From Azolla caroliniana (lineage: Eukaryota > Plantae > Polypodiophyta): a DNA stretch of 64,000 nt. The stretch spans positions 7,564,001-7,628,000 of the forward strand of contig JBHGNT010000013.1 of assembly GCA_043228905.1 (NCBI GenBank), in the 5' to 3' direction. A model generated the notes under the pieces. It searched no databases. It saw only the letters and a list, made by a program, of their open reading frames with translations, and had not been told where the DNA came from. The translations under genes and the position numbers were made by a program. Shown piece by piece: positions 61,346 through 64,000 of this stretch; the stretch's first letter is position 1; each line of letters starts with the position of its first letter.

Positions 61346-64000
61346 AGACCCGACCTTTGCGTTGTCGTGCTTTTGTTTACATCGGAATTTCAGACGGATC
61401 ATCTTCCATCCGAACCGACTTCTGACTTTATCTTCCTTGCCGCCACCTCCTGTCTCTCCGGTCTCACGTTGGTTCTCGGACACAACCACCGAAGTCTCTA
61501 GAATTAGTGGGTAGGAATCCTCGGTATTATCATCCTCCGTTGTTTCACCCATAGCCATCTTCTCGGCTATCTCTCTATCGTACGCATCGGCTTCGACCTT
61601 TGTTTTCTCTTCGCCACCTTCCGTCTCTTCGGTCTCACGTTGCCTTTCGAACGCAACCGCCAGAGTCTTTGGAATCAATGGTGGGGAAGTCTCGATATGA
61701 CCATCCGCTATTGATTCGTCCATAGCCACCTTCGATTCGATGTCATCTTTCGTGGCGACCTCCTCAATCAGGTCCTCCTTGCTCTCTTTCACTGCATCAA
61801 TTATGCAAACATAAATTATGCTTACCCCTTTTTCACCCGATGTTTCCGACACTTGTATTCCGAAATCTTCTTCTACACTTGGGTTATCGATCTTATCCTT
61901 TGCCGTCGTTCTTTCGCAAGACAAGAGGGTGGTTTGTTTTACACCCTCTTCCGTCACACCATCATGTTGTATTTCGGTCTTCAATCGACCATCCTTCATC
62001 GGCCATGTCGTTGACAAGATTCTCATCTTCCTCTCATCATGTCTCCGGCATACCCTTTTGACTTTGGCCCAATCCTCGGTAAGACTGTTCGCACCGTCAT
62101 AATCTTCGAGCTCGATCCCGATGTCCATCCTTTCTTTCCGATCAATCAATCTTACGAACATTAGGACTTTATCCTCCTCCACCAATCTTTGTTCCCGCTC
62201 CGAGAGTCGAGCAAAACGATGCTCGAACTCTCGGAATGCTTGTGTTGCACTTCAGTGGGTCTTCTCCGATGCCACCCATTCGTCGAATTCTCGCCGATCT
62301 TGTCCCTTCGATCTCTTGTAATCATATGCCTCTCGTAAAGCTTCTTTGAATGGCCCCCATGTCAAGTTTTGTTGCCGTATCTTATGGATTCTCTCTTGTA
62401 GCTCATCCGTGGCAATCCGATTGAAGGATGTCACTTGCAATCCTTCCGGTATCCCACATCGCATCATCTCCGCCTTGTAGTCACGTAGATAGCGTGAGAC
62501 ATCGTTTCCGTTGAATTGTCCGTTTCGTTGTACGAGCCACTTTACTGCCGCCGTGATCTCAGACATCGCTCGTTGTTCTTGTAGCATCCGCTCGAACATC
62601 ATCACCATTGTTATGCTCATCGCCTCTTGTTGATTCTCCATCTCCTTGCCACCGGCCTTCACGTCGGGTTCACCACTTGTGTCGTGCCTTTCGGCGTCAG
62701 ATCGTTTGCGTGAGTCGGGTGGAAAACGCTGGGGTTTTGGACTAGGAAGAGGAGAGTTTTAAGGCTAATAAGAATATAAATATGTTGTAAGAAAGAGTTA
62801 TAGCAAACTCGTGAATCCCACGAGTGTATTGTATTAGATTAATCAATATGAATATAAGAATATAAATTTGGGTTGAAAGAGAATGATATAGAATCCTCGT
62901 GAATCCCACGAGTATAGTTTATTAATTGGTGTTTTTTAGAAACATATCCAGTTTCCAAGTATTTCACACACCTTTTACATTGTGCTCCTCATCCTTATAT
63001 AGAGATGAGAGAGTCTTTTCCAACCCATGCGTTTTGTCTAACTATAGACTCCATGCTTTTTCTATAGATAGACTATATGCTTTATCTAAAGTGATCATGC
63101 TTTTTCTAACTTGTGCATTTTTTATAAACTATAGCGTTCATACACGCTAGATATGCATGCACAACTTTTTCTTTTAGCATGCGTTTTTTTCTTTTAACTA
63201 AAGTTTATCCTATGTGAACTTAACTTTCTATGTGGGACATCTACTTTTTAACACTAATGAAATGCTAGTGTAATGGTAAGACATTACATTATTAATATGG
63301 ACGTGCAAGGTTTGAATCTTGCCCTATGCATGTTATATATATTTTAATATTTTCTACTATTTATTCATATTTATTAAATCGGTACTTTATAAGTTTTTCA
63401 CGTAGTGTACGAAATACACTACGACAACGTTTGATCCGTTGGACACCAATCAAGCCACGGTTGTTCTCCTTTTTTTAGAGGTAAGGGACCTTGCATCAAT
63501 GCAATATTTTTACTCATTTTAACATGGCTCTACAAAACTCCTATGCTCAAATAACATCAGGAAACATGAGCAATATCGGCAATGAAGAAATCCAAGTCCT
63601 GTTGACAACAGCTAATATATTATGAAAGATAAGTACAAGTGGTTGAGAGGCATAAACACTTTGGAAGAAAGACGAAATATATCAATTCATTTCTCAATCA
63701 TCAAAATTAATAGTGAACTCCAAGTGGATGTTTTTCAGTTTTCTGGTACAATGTATTGATAGGGTGACTTTCAAGCATTAAATAGAGAGACCTCCCCTAA
63801 TATGTGCTCATGAACCTCTTGGGGGACCTTGTAGACAGTGTTGTATCCCTTAACCTTGTGCTTTGCTTGAGTCATATTGAATTTGATCGCAAGAATGGCA
63901 TCAACGTAGATTATTGCGATGGGTGCTTCTTTTAGTAATGCATATGTGTTCTTGCACTGCGGCAACTTTGCATAATAGTTTCCATACACAACAGACTCAC

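Larger units (their letters stand above)
59909..63426 (-). mobile_element. Non-autonomous gag-only gypsy element F
   Basis: LTRs 59909-60654 and 62680-63426. TSD ACGT. PBS TGGTGAACCCGACGTGA (62659-62675). PPT at 60655-60670. Gag ORFs 62252-62662 and 61292-62185. Confidence 0.95.
59264..63760 (-). mobile_element. L1-clade LINE 3' fragment with zf-RVT, split by element F
   Basis: KVFIWRVLIGGLP...FC...EDSTHRFIQC...IW...WNMRNAFVF. The frame PTDQT|SLLQV is continuous across the ACGT TSD. Confidence 0.8.

Overview
AT-rich land-plant genomic DNA. The retroelement lineages suggest a non-seed plant such as a fern or bryophyte (inference). It holds one intact host gene, a 5-exon PBS1/PBL27-like RLCK-VII kinase at 39440-46802 (+), flanked by deeply nested transposon blocks. 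Left block: a copia LTR split at its (GA)n tract by a non-L1 LINE; that LINE is split by copia A (5807-25802, TSD ATCCT); copia A carries two Ty3/gypsy elements and a solo LTR; and one gypsy LTR carries a further solo LTR. Copia B (27845-35486, TSD ATTTT) carries a hAT derivative. Right block: a fold-back remnant, a pol-coding gypsy, two gag-only non-autonomous gypsy elements and an L1 fragment. The most notable signal is a coherent tRNA-Trp-primed, chromodomain-less gypsy system. Its 4-bp TSDs are all CpG-centred and it has a DHG protease motif and a -1 frameshift signal after protease. It also has a conserved hairpin before the PPT, a shared U5 motif, gag-only partners with a repeat tail, and tRNA-like A/B-box modules inside the LTRs of several families.
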